The notes under the pieces were generated by a model that saw only the letters and a program-made list of their open reading frames with translations, was not told the origin of the DNA and ran no database searches. Positions 39,192 to 39,476 of a DNA stretch of 39,476 nt are shown here, piece by piece. How positions within the stretch are numbered: position 1 is the stretch's first letter; the number at the start of each line of letters is the position of its first letter. Both the position numbers and the translations under genes were made by a program. The stretch is from a bacterium (GTDB taxonomy: Bacteria; Oederibacteriota; PGYV01; Palsa-1178): assembly GCA_037138355.1 (NCBI GenBank), contig JBAXIL010000013.1, forward strand, positions 1 to 39,476. Direction: 5' to 3'.

Positions 39192-39476
39192 GCACTCATA
39201 GAAAAGGTTTTGACTCATTTGGTAGCCGGCCTGTGCCGGCAAAATGTAAGGTAGCTCTTGATTAAAATTTGCTCGCGAAGCTCGCAATAGCATTTCAGAG
39301 TGCCATCCTCACACGATGGAAGTAGTTGGTTCGAATCCAATCGCGCCAACCAGAACTCATAGAAAATGTTTTGACTCATTTGGTGGCCGACTTGTGCCGG
39401 CAAAATGTAAGGTAGCTCTTAATTAAAATTTGCTCGCGAAGCTCGCAATAGCATTTCAGAGTGCCATCCTCACACG
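39136..39476 (+). repeat. 161-bp tRNA-linked tandem repeat (at least 2.1 units, continues past window end)
   Basis: AGAGTGCCATCCTCACACG recurs at 39136, 39297 and 39458; 105-bp spacers 39192-39296 and 39353-39457 differ at 6 positions. Confidence 0.95.
39297..39352 (+). pseudogene. 3' fragment of a tRNA-Val(CAC) lacking the 5' acceptor strand and most of the D-arm
   Basis: Anticodon arm identical to the upstream tRNA; T-arm GTTGG-TTCGAAT-CCAAT; 3' strand CGCGCCA-A-CCA with no pairing 5' strand upstream. Confidence 0.8.

Noticed and set aside
39244..39352. Intact tRNA with a large D-loop insertion (TAGCTC...GAGT)
   Set aside because: The implied 5' acceptor strand TGTAAGG does not pair with CGCGCCA (3/7)
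39215..39403. 62-aa minus-strand ORF
   Set aside because: Lies antisense across the tRNA-derived repeat; no RBS or recognisable protein features
39136..39476. CRISPR array interpretation
   Set aside because: The constant part is about 132 bp and includes tRNA sequence, the variable part is tRNA-like, and there are no cas genes in the window

Overview
AT-rich chromosomal window from a diderm, probably anaerobic bacterium: it has TonB/ExbBD, a beta-barrel protein, rubredoxin, Feo and an Fe-ADH. The Thr-rich linker style is reminiscent of Candidatus Goldiibacteriota-like lineages, but that is an unverified impression. Most genes are housekeeping: gnd-zwf-pgl, fur-feoAB with a Fur box, Fe-ADH, a Gfo/Idh/MocA oxidoreductase, rubredoxin, DedA/VTT, GT4, an epimerase, patatin, tRNA-Gly, a Pro-repeat LysM protein, a TPR/beta-barrel/ExbB/ExbD/TonB operon running into rsfS-rnhB-yraN, DUF362, a BatD-like protein, ridA, def-fmt, arsR-PDO/Trx-trxB, aroQ with a double O-antigen-ligase and YfhO, DUF2156, an ABC exporter and tRNA-Val(CAC). 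No integrase, transposase, reverse transcriptase or cas gene is visible. The most unusual signals are: (1) a 161-bp tandem array starting inside tRNA-Val, where a conserved spacer plus anticodon arm alternates with a divergent but structurally compensated tRNA T-arm/3' end, and which runs off the window; (2) an FGE/CLec-fold lipoprotein whose C-terminus resembles a DGR variable region; (3) a Ton-motor operon with a giant TPR protein and a short barrel; (4) an isolated GTAG-type REP doublet; (5) several unusual domain architectures.
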